64,000 nt of DNA from Candidatus Izemoplasmatales bacterium (lineage in GTDB: Bacteria; Bacillota_I; Bacilli_A; Izemoplasmatales; Hujiaoplasmataceae): positions 34,116 to 98,115 of the forward strand of contig JBAZNL010000003.1 in assembly GCA_041649275.1 (NCBI GenBank), in the 5' to 3' direction. Made by a program: the position numbers and the translations under genes. Position 1 is the first letter of the stretch. Every line of letters starts with the position of its first letter. This document shows, in pieces, positions 1 to 8,992 of this stretch. Under the pieces are notes generated by a model. It saw only the letters and a list, made by a program, of their open reading frames with translations. It searched no databases and was not told the origin of the DNA.

Positions 1-123
1 TACCGCATGTCGCTTTCGAAGGCGGAGGCCGTCGAACGCATGCGCGAAGGCCGCGGCACGCAGTTCGATCCCGAACTCGACGACCTCTTCCTGAATGTCG
101 TCCTGCCGGGCGGCGACTTCTAG
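1..123 (+). CDS. C-terminal fragment of an HD-GYP/HD-domain protein; the 5' end lies outside the window
   Basis: Frame 1 reads ...EGRGTQFDPELDDLFLNVVLPGG DF and ends at TAG 121-123. The GTQFDPE segment is typical of the C-terminal end of HD-GYP domains. There is no start codon in the window. Confidence 0.45.
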   Translation, partial: YRMSLSKAEAVERMREGRGTQFDPELDDLFLNVVLPGGDF

Positions 124-131
124 GAGGGGCC

Positions 132-839
132 ATGGAAAACAACGAATTCTTCGAACGCCTGTACAACGAACTGGAGGACCTCCTCCGCATCCGCTACCGC
201 CTCGAACCGAACGCGAGCGCGGTCTACTTCCACGAGAACCGCGTCGGCGGCCAGACGGCGAAGAACCTGCGGGCGATCCGCGAGCTGCGCAACTACATCG
301 TCCACGACAAGCGCACCGACACGATCACCACCTGCATCGTGAGCGACGAGGCGATCCGCTTCCTCGAACGCGCGATCGAGGGCCTGAAGCGCCCGCGCCG
401 CGCGATCGACGTCTGCGTGCTGAAGGAACGGATCCTCTTCGCCTGGATCACCTCGCCGGTGAAGCCGCTGCTTGCGGCGATGCTCGAGCGCAACATCTCG
501 CACGTCCCCGTCCTCGACGATTCCGGGCGCATCCTCGGCGTCTTCAGCGGCACGACCCTGTTCGCCCAGGCGGCGGGGACGGAGGTCCTGGCGGTCGGTC
601 CGAAGACGACGATGCGCGACTTCGAACGGTACCTGCCGCTCGCGGCCCACGTCGAGAACTACCTCTTCGTCGACCGCACGACGCCGCTCGAGGAACTCAT
701 CGAACTCTTCGGCGCGACGCCGAAGGGCGGACGCAAGACGAAGATGATCTTCGTCACCGAGCACGGGGTGCCCGAGGAGCGGATCCTCGGTCTGATCACG
801 CCGTGGGACATCCTCGACGGCGACGTCGTCGCCGCCTAG
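132..839 (+). CDS. CBS-domain protein
   Basis: A 235-aa ORF begins 9 nt after the upstream stop and has a GGAGG-like RBS (aggagggg) at 122-129. The C-terminal half carries tandem CBS-like segments (HVPVLDDSGRILGVFSG, GLITPWDIL). Confidence 0.65.
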   Translation: MENNEFFERLYNELEDLLRIRYRLEPNASAVYFHENRVGGQTAKNLRAIRELRNYIVHDKRTDTITTCIVSDEAIRFLERAIEGLKRPRRAIDVCVLKERILFAWITSPVKPLLAAMLERNISHVPVLDDSGRILGVFSGTTLFAQAAGTEVLAVGPKTTMRDFERYLPLAAHVENYLFVDRTTPLEELIELFGATPKGGRKTKMIFVTEHGVPEERILGLITPWDILDGDVVAA

Positions 840-924
840 AAACCGAAAATCAAAAGGGGCTGCATCGAAACGGATCCGAGATGGTCCGAATCGATGCAGC
901 CCCTTTGCGAATGGGCCGGGCGGG

Positions 925-2073
925 TCACTCGGCGACGTCAGCCTCGACCAGCAGGAACACGACCCAGGGATCCTCGTAGGCGGTGACGCAGAAATCGTAA
1001 GCCTGTTCGACTGCGATCGCGAACCTGGCGTCCGCCATCGCGATGGCCGTCCCGTCGGCTCCGACGATGGAGACGGGGATATCGCCGTTCGGCTCGTCGG
1101 CCGTGAGTCCGTAGGCCCCCGCTTCGAGGAAGGAGCGGAAGCACCCGCCGCCGAGGAGCGACGCGTCGAAGAAGACCCAGGAGTTCACGACGACGACCCC
1201 CTGGTTCTCCGGGAAGAACGCGGGATCGCTCGCGACGAAGGGCTCGTCGAACACGCGGTACCGTTCGGCGTAGGAAGTCTCCTCGCCGTCAAGCTGACAG
1301 GTGATCTCGAGCGTCACGACGATCTCGTCGCGTGCCGGATCATAGGCCGGATCGAGGTCGAGGGTGAGCGTGAACGTCAGCCCGACGCAAGCGGATTGAC
1401 TTGACCAGCCTGCCGTGGAGAACAGGAAGGTCGCGGCAATGCCCGAGGATCCCGCCGGATCCAGGTGCGCGAGTTCCTCGGCATACTCCGCTTCCATCGC
1501 GGCGAACACCGGATCCGCAAGGATCGAGCCGACGCCCGCTTCCACCTCGAACTCCCAGTCGGAATCGTCTTTCCGGGTCACCTCGCCGAAATCGTCCCAG
1601 ACGGCGAAGCGGAGGAAGTTCCATCCGTGTTCGCCCATCAGCGCATCCATGGACGTTTCGGCCGGACCGATGTACGTCACGGGGTCGACATGCCGCTGCC
1701 AGGCGAGGACGCCGTCGACCGTACGCCACCGGTTCGGTCGGGTGAGCGCGACCTCTCCGGAGTCGCCGACGTCACGGGCGCCGTCGGCGATGAAGAGTTC
1801 GTCCGGCAGGGACGACGCGTCGGAAAAAACCGCCAGAAACGTCCGCCGTTCCGCCGTCACGGCCGCTTCCGCGTCGGTGACGCGGATCTCGCGGCGAACG
1901 ATCGCGGCGTACCCGTCGGAAAACTCGTCCTGCAGGCCGTTCAGCCGGTCGACGAGGACGTCTTCCGCAAGCCATCCGTCGTACGGAGATCGCGTCGTCA
2001 GGGGCGGGCATCCGGCAAGCGTCGAGACCAGAATCAGGAGAAGCGACGTCAGAAGCAGTCTTCGCATGGCCAT
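925..2073 (-). CDS. hypothetical lipoprotein
   Basis: 382 aa. The N-terminus MAMRRLLLTSLLLILVSTLAGC has a signal peptide and an LAGC lipobox. The codon usage is high-GC like the backbone. Confidence 0.6.
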   Translation of the reverse strand: MAMRRLLLTSLLLILVSTLAGCPPLTTRSPYDGWLAEDVLVDRLNGLQDEFSDGYAAIVRREIRVTDAEAAVTAERRTFLAVFSDASSLPDELFIADGARDVGDSGEVALTRPNRWRTVDGVLAWQRHVDPVTYIGPAETSMDALMGEHGWNFLRFAVWDDFGEVTRKDDSDWEFEVEAGVGSILADPVFAAMEAEYAEELAHLDPAGSSGIAATFLFSTAGWSSQSACVGLTFTLTLDLDPAYDPARDEIVVTLEITCQLDGEETSYAERYRVFDEPFVASDPAFFPENQGVVVVNSWVFFDASLLGGGCFRSFLEAGAYGLTADEPNGDIPVSIVGADGTAIAMADARFAIAVEQAYDFCVTAYEDPWVVFLLVEADVAE

Positions 2074-2335
2074 CCGCCCTTCCGTGAACGGGTCGGATCG
2101 GCCGACGAACGTGCGTTCTTCCGTCTAGAACCATTCCGATGCGGGTCCACTGGATTCATCGTACCACCGATCGGCCGTCCATGCAACGGCTTCCGTGAAA
2201 ATCGAAGGAAGAATCCTCTTTTTTAGATTTCGATCGGCGAGGCGTCGAAGCCGATGCCGGAAGAAGCCGTCGACATCAGGCACCGATATCAAAACGAGCG
2301 CCGCGGACGGATCCGCGGCGCTCCCTTGTGCTTGT

Positions 2336-3525
2336 TCAGACCATGAAGAGGAGCCCCATCAGGACTCCGAGAAACGTGCCGGCGGCATAGCCGATCGACC
2401 CGCAGACGAGTCCGGGGACGGTGAGGGCGTCGTTTTGGAGTTGCTTCGTCACCGCCGGGATGAAGGCGGGACCGTAGAGTCCGGCGGTCGCGGTCACGAT
2501 CGCGCAGTCGGCGTCGATTCCGAGCAGCTTCGAGAAGAGGACGTGGACGGCGAAGATCCCGACGGTGATCACGCCGTAGAAGAGGATGTTCATCCCGAAC
2601 CCGGTCGAGACCTTCGTGAGGTCGAGCGAGGAGGCGAGGGCGAAGGAGAAGACGAGGATCAGGTAGTGGCCGACGACGTTCGTTCCTTCGGTCCTCCGGA
2701 TCTTGCGGTTGAACGAGCCGAGGATCCCGAGGACGGTGACCCCGAGCATCATCGCCGGCACGACGTAGTCCGTCATCCGACCCTGCACGGCGCCGAGAAG
2801 CACCCAGACGAGGATCCCGGCGCCGGCCGAGACGGCCGTCATTGAAAACGCGACCAGGATCACGAGGAACAGCCGCCGGGTCGGCCGGAAGCGCTTCAGA
2901 TCGATCTCCTCGGTGTTCTTCATCGCCGCCGGCGAGTTCATGTACGACGCCAGACGGGACGGCTTCAGGATCTTCGCCACGAGCGGCTTGGCCGCGACCA
3001 GGAGGAAGACGTAGAAGACGGCGCCGACGATCATGTCGGAGAGGTTGGCGAGGCCGAGGGCGGTGGCGTCGAGCCCGAAGATGTTCGCGATCGCGTTCAG
3101 GTTGGGGGTCCCGCCCGTATAGACTCCGACCGACATCGCGGCGAGGACCGCGCCGTTCGCCATCGTCCTTCCGATCGCATAGAACGCGACGGTGGCGACG
3201 AGGAGCGCGGAGACGAGGAGCGAGGCGAAGGAAAGCAGGACGGTCTTCGAGAGCTTGCGCGCCTCGAGCAGGTTCGACGAGAAGAGCAATAGCGGGATTC
3301 CGACGCCGATCGCGGCGTGGCTCCCGATCTCGCCGATCGCGGCGTCCACGACGATGTCGACGCCGAGCTTGCGGAGGGCGAAGACGACGAGGGCGACGGC
3401 GATGCCGGCGAGGTAGGCGGTGCCGATCGTGCCGAAGATCCGCGTCAGCCGGAACTTCGATCCGCGGATGATGAGGATCGGGACGAGGAAGATGAAAACG
3501 AGCTGGACGAGGCTGTAGATCATGG
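2336..3525 (-). CDS. DUF819-family polytopic membrane protein
   Basis: The ORF track extends this frame to 4456 only because there are no stops in GC-rich DNA. The real start is judged to be ATG at 3525 (MIYSLVQLVFIFLV...), which immediately follows the stop of the upstream gene. There are about 10 predicted TM segments and YjcL/DUF819-like sequence character. Confidence 0.6.
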
Positions 3526-4617
3526 GGTCAGGTCCTTTCCGTAGAGCCGGAAGGTCTTGGCGATCCGGCCGCCGAGCTTGAGGAAGGTGGCATACGACTT
3601 GAAGTTCCCGAGGACGATCGTGCCCCCCTCGAGGCGCGTCATCCCGCGCTCGCGCATCCGTTCGAAGACCGCGAAGTACATGCGGAAGACGAGCCCCGTG
3701 TTCTGCATCTCGGGGACGACGTACTGGAGCGTGCCGCGCACCCGCCGGATCCGGTTTCGGAGGATCAGGAAGGCAAGCGGCCGGATCCGGCCGCGGGTCC
3801 GCTTCAGGACCTCGTTGAAGTCGGGCATCACGAAGACGAAGCCGACGGCCTCGCCGGAATCCTCCCGGCGCGCGATCAGGACGAGCTTCGGGTCGAGGAA
3901 GAGGCGGAGGCTTTCCGCGACCGACCGGATCATGTCGAGCGACGGGGCGCGCTGGTAGTTCATCTCGGTGGTGGCGCGCGCAAGGATCGCGTGGACGTCG
4001 TCGAGGTCGCGCTCGAGGTTCCGCCAGGAGAGCGCGTCGATCCGCACGTCGTGCTTCCGGTCGAAGCGTTCGGCGATCGCGGAAAGCGTCCGGTAATTCG
4101 CCGCGGTGCCCTCGGCGGCGACGGCGACGGTGTCGACGGTCTTCGCATATCCGGCGTTTTCGAGGAGACGGGCGTAATAGGGCTTGTTGTAGGAGGTCAG
4201 GAAGGCGGGGTCGTCGTCGAACCCGTCGACGAGGATCCCGCGGCGGGTGTCGGGATCGTGGGGGGCGTAGGTGCCCTCGGCGTGGAGTACGCCGCGGGTC
4301 CGCATGTCGGCCTCCATCTCCCCGAAGAGCGCGTCGGCGACCGCCTGGTCGTCGACGCATTCGAAGTTCGAGAACCAGCAGACTTCGCGGCCGTGCTTCT
4401 CGTCGTGCGCGAACGCGTAGAAGAGGCGTCCCTCGACGCGCCCCTCCGCGGTCCATAGCAGACCGACGGCGCGGCGCGCCTTCAGGATCTCGCGATCCAT
4501 CTCCTTCGTGAAGACGGAAAGGATCGGCGGAACGAAATGGGGATCGAAGCGGTACAGGTCGATCTGGAACCGGACGAAGCGGCGGATGTCGCCGGGGGTC
4601 CGGACGCGTTCGATCAT
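3520..4617 (-). CDS. hypothetical protein, possible acyl-CoA N-acyltransferase-like fold
   Basis: 365-aa ORF (MIERVRTPGDIRRF...) that overlaps the downstream DUF819 gene by a few nt, so the two form an operon. I recognise no clear catalytic motif and the family is unknown. Confidence 0.5.
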   Translation of the reverse strand: MIERVRTPGDIRRFVRFQIDLYRFDPHFVPPILSVFTKEMDREILKARRAVGLLWTAEGRVEGRLFYAFAHDEKHGREVCWFSNFECVDDQAVADALFGEMEADMRTRGVLHAEGTYAPHDPDTRRGILVDGFDDDPAFLTSYNKPYYARLLENAGYAKTVDTVAVAAEGTAANYRTLSAIAERFDRKHDVRIDALSWRNLERDLDDVHAILARATTEMNYQRAPSLDMIRSVAESLRLFLDPKLVLIARREDSGEAVGFVFVMPDFNEVLKRTRGRIRPLAFLILRNRIRRVRGTLQYVVPEMQNTGLVFRMYFAVFERMRERGMTRLEGGTIVLGNFKSYATFLKLGGRIAKTFRLYGKDLTP

Positions 4618-4812
4618 GGGTTTACCTCCGGAAGCGTCGTTACCGTCCCATTATAGCAAAACCTTCGGACCATCACAAGGCTTTGCGGGATCGCGGTTGC
4701 GGCGATTTCGTGAAAAAGGAACGTCCGCGGGAATGCGCAGGCGTGAAAAACGGGGATGGACGGAGGCCGGATCGATGGTATAATACTTGATGGATGAAAG
4801 GCGGGATCGGAC

Positions 4813-5616
4813 ATGATCGAGATCGACAGGAAGGCCATCCGCGAGGAACTGGACCGGAAGAACATGCTGGGGCTGCAATGCGAACTGACGCGTCAGCGCC
4901 GGCTCCGCACGGCGGTGATGGGAGGGCTCTTGCTCGCGCTCCTCACGACCGTCGTCTTCGGCACTCTCGAGGATCCGTTCCTCTACACCTTCTCCAACAT
5001 CGGGAACTTCTTCGATTACCGGCTCTTCTTCATCGTCTGGTCGATCCTCGCCGGAACCGCGATCCAGGCGGCGATCCTCGCCCTCTTCCGCCTCGAGGAC
5101 TATCTCCCCGGGAAGAAGTGGAAGAACGTGCTCCTCTTCCTCGCGGTCGTCCTGCTCGTCGCGACGGCGCTGATCCCGGCGCTCAGGGACGTCTACCCGA
5201 CGTGGCACGTGCTGCACTTCGTCACCGCGATCCTGCACGCGATCTGCGTCTGCGGCGCGTTCGTGCCGTTCTCCCTCTGGGTCAGCCGCGAGAACCCGCG
5301 CCTGCGCCGCGTCATCTACGCGATGATCGCCGCGACCTGGGGCGGATCGCTCCTCGCGCTCGTCTTCTTCGGGAAGAGCGGTCTCTTCGAGATGTGGTTC
5401 TACGTCGGGATGATCGTCTTCCTGCTCTACCTGTCGCTCGTCCTCTTCGAGGAGAAGATCGTCAAGCTGTCGGTCGCCTTCCTGCAGGGCGAGGACAACC
5501 TGAACCTCGCGATCGAGAAGTACTTCATCGACCTCGAGAAGCTTCCTTCGGAAAAGAAAAGACCCGCGGAAACCGCCAGGGCGGCCGCGGGAAGGGACGA
5601 TTCACTCGTCCAGTAG
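4813..5616 (+). CDS. hypothetical integral membrane protein
   Basis: 267 aa with about 6 hydrophobic TM helices and a charged C-terminal tail. No recognisable motif. Confidence 0.5.
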   Translation: MIEIDRKAIREELDRKNMLGLQCELTRQRRLRTAVMGGLLLALLTTVVFGTLEDPFLYTFSNIGNFFDYRLFFIVWSILAGTAIQAAILALFRLEDYLPGKKWKNVLLFLAVVLLVATALIPALRDVYPTWHVLHFVTAILHAICVCGAFVPFSLWVSRENPRLRRVIYAMIAATWGGSLLALVFFGKSGLFEMWFYVGMIVFLLYLSLVLFEEKIVKLSVAFLQGEDNLNLAIEKYFIDLEKLPSEKKRPAETARAAAGRDDSLVQ

Positions 5617-6090
5617 AGCCTTTCTCCAGATCGATAGGAGCTTTTCGTAGGACGTTCCCGCATTCGCGGGGGAGGTCGACGGGAGCGCCACGGACATCGT
5701 CGTACGTTCGGGATGGCCGCGTCGGAACCATTTCGCGGCGGTCCCGCCGTTCAGCAGGATCCGGCCGATCCCCGTACCCGCGAGGATCGCGTCGAGGTCG
5801 GCGTAGACGACGTCTTTGATCGAGGCGTCCGCCGAACCTTCGACGACGCACTCCTCGACGACGTCGTAGAGCGCGATCCCGTGCACCGCCAGAAGCCTGC
5901 GTTTCCCCTCGTTGTCGGCGTTCACGAAATCGTCGCCGTAGACGTCCGAGAGGATCCGCCAGAAGCGGTTCCGCGGATGCATGTAGAAGAAGCCTTCCGC
6001 CCGCGAGCTGACGGATGGGAAACTGCCGAGCACGAGGACGACGCTGTCTTCGTTTGCGACCGGCGGAAAACCGTGCGCGATCCGTTCCAT
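5602..6090 (-). CDS. DNA-deoxyinosine / G:U mismatch glycosylase-like protein (uracil-DNA glycosylase superfamily, Mug/hypoxanthine-DNA glycosylase type)
   Basis: The protein MERIAHGFPPVANEDSVVLVLGSFPSVSS...FWRIL...LNGGTAAKWF matches the pattern of family 2/6 UDG-like glycosylases. ATG at 6090 is preferred over GTG at 6105 because a GGGTGAT RBS sits 6 nt upstream. Confidence 0.65.
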   Translation of the reverse strand: MERIAHGFPPVANEDSVVLVLGSFPSVSSRAEGFFYMHPRNRFWRILSDVYGDDFVNADNEGKRRLLAVHGIALYDVVEECVVEGSADASIKDVVYADLDAILAGTGIGRILLNGGTAAKWFRRGHPERTTMSVALPSTSPANAGTSYEKLLSIWRKALLDE

Positions 6091-6146
6091 CGTATCACCC
6101 GACACCCATTATACCATGATCCGTCCCCGAGATCGAAAGGAGTCCC

Positions 6147-6971
6147 ATGACCGAGATCGAACGCATCCGCGAAGCCGCATCCTTCCTCGACGGACGCCTG
6201 CGCACGAAGGCGAAGGTGGCCGTCGTCCTCGGCTCCGGGCTCGGCGCCTTCGCCGACCGCCTCGCCGACGTCCGCGCCGTCTCCTTCGCCGACATCCCCC
6301 ACTTCCCCGAGATGCGCGTCGCCGGCCACGCCGGCCGGATCGTCGCCGGCCGTTTCGGAACGGTCGAGGCGATCGTCGTCCAGGGCCGGTTCCATCTCTA
6401 CGACGGCTATCCGCTCGCCGACGTCGTCCTGCCGGTCCGGGCGCTCCGCCTGCTCGGCGTCGAGACCCTCGTCCTCACGAACGCCTGCGGCGCCGTCAAC
6501 CCGGCGTTCGCCCCGGGGGAACTGATGGTCCTTTCCGACCATCTGAACCTCACCGGCGGAAATCCGCTCGTCGGGAAGAACGTCGAAGAACTCGGCACGC
6601 GCTTCCCAGACGCCTCGGAGATCTACGACGCCGGCCTGCGCGAGCTCGCGAGGGCGGCCGCCGCCCGCCTCGGGATCGTCCTGCGCGAGGGCGTCTACGC
6701 CTGGTGGACCGGACCATCGTACGAGACCCCCGCGGAGATCCGGATGATCCGCATGCTCGGCGCCGACGCCGTCGGGATGTCGACGGTGCCGGAGGCGCTC
6801 GCCGCCTCGCACATGCGCATGAAGGTGCTCGCGATCGCCTGCCTCACGAACATGGCCACGGGCATCCGCCCCGGCCGGCTCACCCACGAGGAGGTCCTCG
6901 AGGTCGCCGGGACGGCCGCCGGCCGTCTCACCGCGATCCTTTCCGACGTCGTTTCGCGCCTGCATCCATGA
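6147..6971 (+). CDS. punA: purine nucleoside phosphorylase (PNP-I / PunA type)
   Basis: 274 aa. It carries a glycine-rich VVLGSGLG motif and the TGPSYETPAE and GADAVGMSTVPE motifs of trimeric PNP. It is transcribed divergently from the glycosylase gene. Confidence 0.85.
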   Translation: MTEIERIREAASFLDGRLRTKAKVAVVLGSGLGAFADRLADVRAVSFADIPHFPEMRVAGHAGRIVAGRFGTVEAIVVQGRFHLYDGYPLADVVLPVRALRLLGVETLVLTNACGAVNPAFAPGELMVLSDHLNLTGGNPLVGKNVEELGTRFPDASEIYDAGLRELARAAAARLGIVLREGVYAWWTGPSYETPAEIRMIRMLGADAVGMSTVPEALAASHMRMKVLAIACLTNMATGIRPGRLTHEEVLEVAGTAAGRLTAILSDVVSRLHP

Positions 6972-7050
6972 CCCGCCTTTCACGGTGGGTCTTTTTTTTC
7001 GACAGAGGTACGGTTTTTACGGAAAATCGATGAATATTCCCTGGGAAAGG

Positions 7051-7079
7051 TTGACAATTTTCGATATTCAACGTATAAT
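7051..7079 (+). promoter_or_regulatory. sigma-A-type promoter of the hydrogenase operon
   Basis: TTGACA at 7051-7056, a 17-bp spacer and TATAAT at 7074-7079, about 190 nt upstream of hydC. Confidence 0.6.
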
Positions 7080-7182
7080 GCGCGCCAAAGCAAGGCGAAC
7101 AACCTCGAACATCGCACAACCGCATGACATCCCGCATCCGCCCCGGAGAAGCTTTCCTTCGGTGATCGCTCCGGACGCGGAC

Positions 7183-7218
7183 CGGGATCCGAACATCCGT
7201 CGGGATCCCCGCTTTTTT
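7183..7218 (+). terminator. leader hairpin plus U-tract (putative attenuator) in the hyd 5' UTR
   Basis: CGGGATCC (7183-7190) pairs with GGATCCCCG (7202-7210) and is followed by TTTTTT (7213-7218). An alternative pairing partner, GGATCCCCCGG, lies at 7229-7239. Confidence 0.4.
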
Positions 7219-7268
7219 GCGTGCGGAAGGATCCCCCGGAGGCCGCATCGCGGCCGGAAGGGAGCGAC

Positions 7269-7721
7269 ATGCCGCTACGCGAGATCCTCGCGAGGACGCC
7301 GAAGGAGCCCGACCGCCTGATCGGGATCCTGCTCGAACTGCAGGCGGAAAACGACCGGACCTTCGTGTCCGAAGAAGAGGCGCGCGAGATCGCGCGCCAT
7401 CTCGGCGTTACCGAAAGCCGCGTCTGCGCGGTCCTTTCGTTCTATTCGTTCTTTTCGCAGGCGCCGCGCGGGAAGCACGTGATCCGCGTCTGCAAGGACG
7501 TGCCGTGCCACGTCCGCGACGATTTCGACGTGCTCCGCACGATCGAGGAACTGCTCGGCGTCAAGGCCGGGCAGACGACAGCGAACGGGAAGTTCACGGT
7601 CGAGACCTCCTCGTGCCTGGGCTGTTGCGACCGCGGTCCGGCGATGCGGATCGACGGCGAACTCCATGCCGGCCTGACGGCCGAGAAGGTCCGCGCGATC
7701 CTCGCGGACATCCGGGGGTGA
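7269..7721 (+). CDS. hydC: [FeFe]-hydrogenase NuoE-like 2Fe-2S subunit (HydC/HndA)
   Basis: The thioredoxin-like 2Fe-2S ferredoxin signature is present (CKDVPCHVRDD ... SSCLGCCDRGPAM). ATG at 7269 follows a GGAAGGGAG RBS. The ORF track's GTG at 7221 falls inside the leader hairpin and is therefore disfavoured. Confidence 0.8.
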   Translation: MPLREILARTPKEPDRLIGILLELQAENDRTFVSEEEAREIARHLGVTESRVCAVLSFYSFFSQAPRGKHVIRVCKDVPCHVRDDFDVLRTIEELLGVKAGQTTANGKFTVETSSCLGCCDRGPAMRIDGELHAGLTAEKVRAILADIRG

Positions 7722-7725
7722 GACC

Positions 7726-8982
7726 GTGGACGAACTGAAGATCGTATCGAAACGCTGCGGCGTCATCAATCCGCTCTCGATCGACGACTATCTCGCCCAC
7801 GAGGGCTACCAGGCGCTCGAACGGGCGCTTTCGCTCACGCCCGAGGCGATCGTCGCCGAGGTCAAGAAGGCGTATCTCCGCGGTCGCGGCGGCGCCGGAT
7901 TCCCGACGGCGACGAAGATGGCCGCGCTCGCGGCCGAACCGGATCCGGAGAAGTACGTCGTCGTCAACGCCGACGAGGGCGAGCCGGGCAACTTCAAGGA
8001 CCGCTACCTGATGGAGAACGATCCCCATTCGATCCTCGAGGGGATGGCGATCGTCGCCTATGCGACGGGCGCGAAGAAAGGATACATCTACGTCCGCGGC
8101 GAATACGACCTGCCGATCAAGACGCTTCGCTGGAGCGTCGAGCAGGCGCTGGCGCGCGGCTATCTCGGCCGCATGGTCATGGGGGCGGGATTCGACTTCA
8201 CGGTCGAGGTCCGCTCCGGCGCCGGATCGTACGTCTGCGGCGAGGAGTTCGCCCTGATCGAATCGATCGAGGGCAAGCCGGGCAGAACCCGCGTGAAGCC
8301 GCCGTTCCCGACCCAGAAGGGCATCTTCGGGCATCCGACGCTGATCTCGAACGTCGAGACCTTCGCGAACGTGCCGGCGATCCTCGCGATGGGCGGCGCG
8401 GCCTTCGCCAAGATCGGCACGCCGTCGTCCACCGGGACGAAGCTGATCTGCCTTTCGGGCAACGTCAAGCGCCGCGGCGTGTTCGAAATCCCGTTCGGCG
8501 TCTCGATCCGAAGCGTGATCGACGAACTCGGCGGCGGCGTCGAGGGCGGACGGAAGATCCGCATGGTCCAGCTCGGCGGCGCCTGCGGACCGATCATCCC
8601 GCCGCTCATGCTCGACATGCGGATCGACTACGAGCGCTTCGAGGAGTTCGAGTCGAAGACCGGCGCGGGCGCGATCATCGTGATCGACGACCGCTTCGAC
8701 CTGTTCCGGATCCTGCTTCGGATCATCACCTTCTTCGCCCACGAGTCGTGCGGGAAGTGCGTCCCGTGCCGCGAGGGCAACGCCCAGCTGATGGTCATGC
8801 TCGAGAAGTTCATCGATCGGCGCGCGACCACGGCCGACCTCGTCAGCCTCGAGTCGCTCGCCCGGGTCATGCACCAGACGTCGCTCTGCGGCCTCGGGCA
8901 GACCTGCCCGACCTCGATCATCGCCGCCCTCAGGTATTTCCGCGAGGACTTCCTCGAGCGGATCGAATACCCGGGCATCTAG
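7726..8982 (+). CDS. hydB: [FeFe]-hydrogenase NuoF-like NADH/FMN-binding subunit (HydB), minimal form
   Basis: A glycine-rich GRGGAGFPT motif, the FMN/NADH-binding core and the N3 cluster motif ESCGKCVPCREG ... CGLGQTCP are all present. The product is only 418 aa and has no extra N- or C-terminal ferredoxin domains. Confidence 0.85.
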   Translation: MDELKIVSKRCGVINPLSIDDYLAHEGYQALERALSLTPEAIVAEVKKAYLRGRGGAGFPTATKMAALAAEPDPEKYVVVNADEGEPGNFKDRYLMENDPHSILEGMAIVAYATGAKKGYIYVRGEYDLPIKTLRWSVEQALARGYLGRMVMGAGFDFTVEVRSGAGSYVCGEEFALIESIEGKPGRTRVKPPFPTQKGIFGHPTLISNVETFANVPAILAMGGAAFAKIGTPSSTGTKLICLSGNVKRRGVFEIPFGVSIRSVIDELGGGVEGGRKIRMVQLGGACGPIIPPLMLDMRIDYERFEEFESKTGAGAIIVIDDRFDLFRILLRIITFFAHESCGKCVPCREGNAQLMVMLEKFIDRRATTADLVSLESLARVMHQTSLCGLGQTCPTSIIAALRYFREDFLERIEYPGI

Positions 8983-8992
8983 GAGGAACCCC

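Noticed and set aside
95-979. Plus-strand 294-aa ORF and minus-strand 214-aa ORF overlapping the CBS-protein gene
   Set aside because: They are alternative frames of the same region with Arg/Pro-rich nonsense translations. The CBS frame has domain signal and start context.
2336-4456. 706-aa ORF fusing the DUF819 gene with upstream sequence
   Set aside because: The extra N-terminal 310 aa are Arg/Pro-rich low complexity read in a different frame from the real upstream gene (3520-4617). A proper ATG at 3525 begins the hydrophobic protein.
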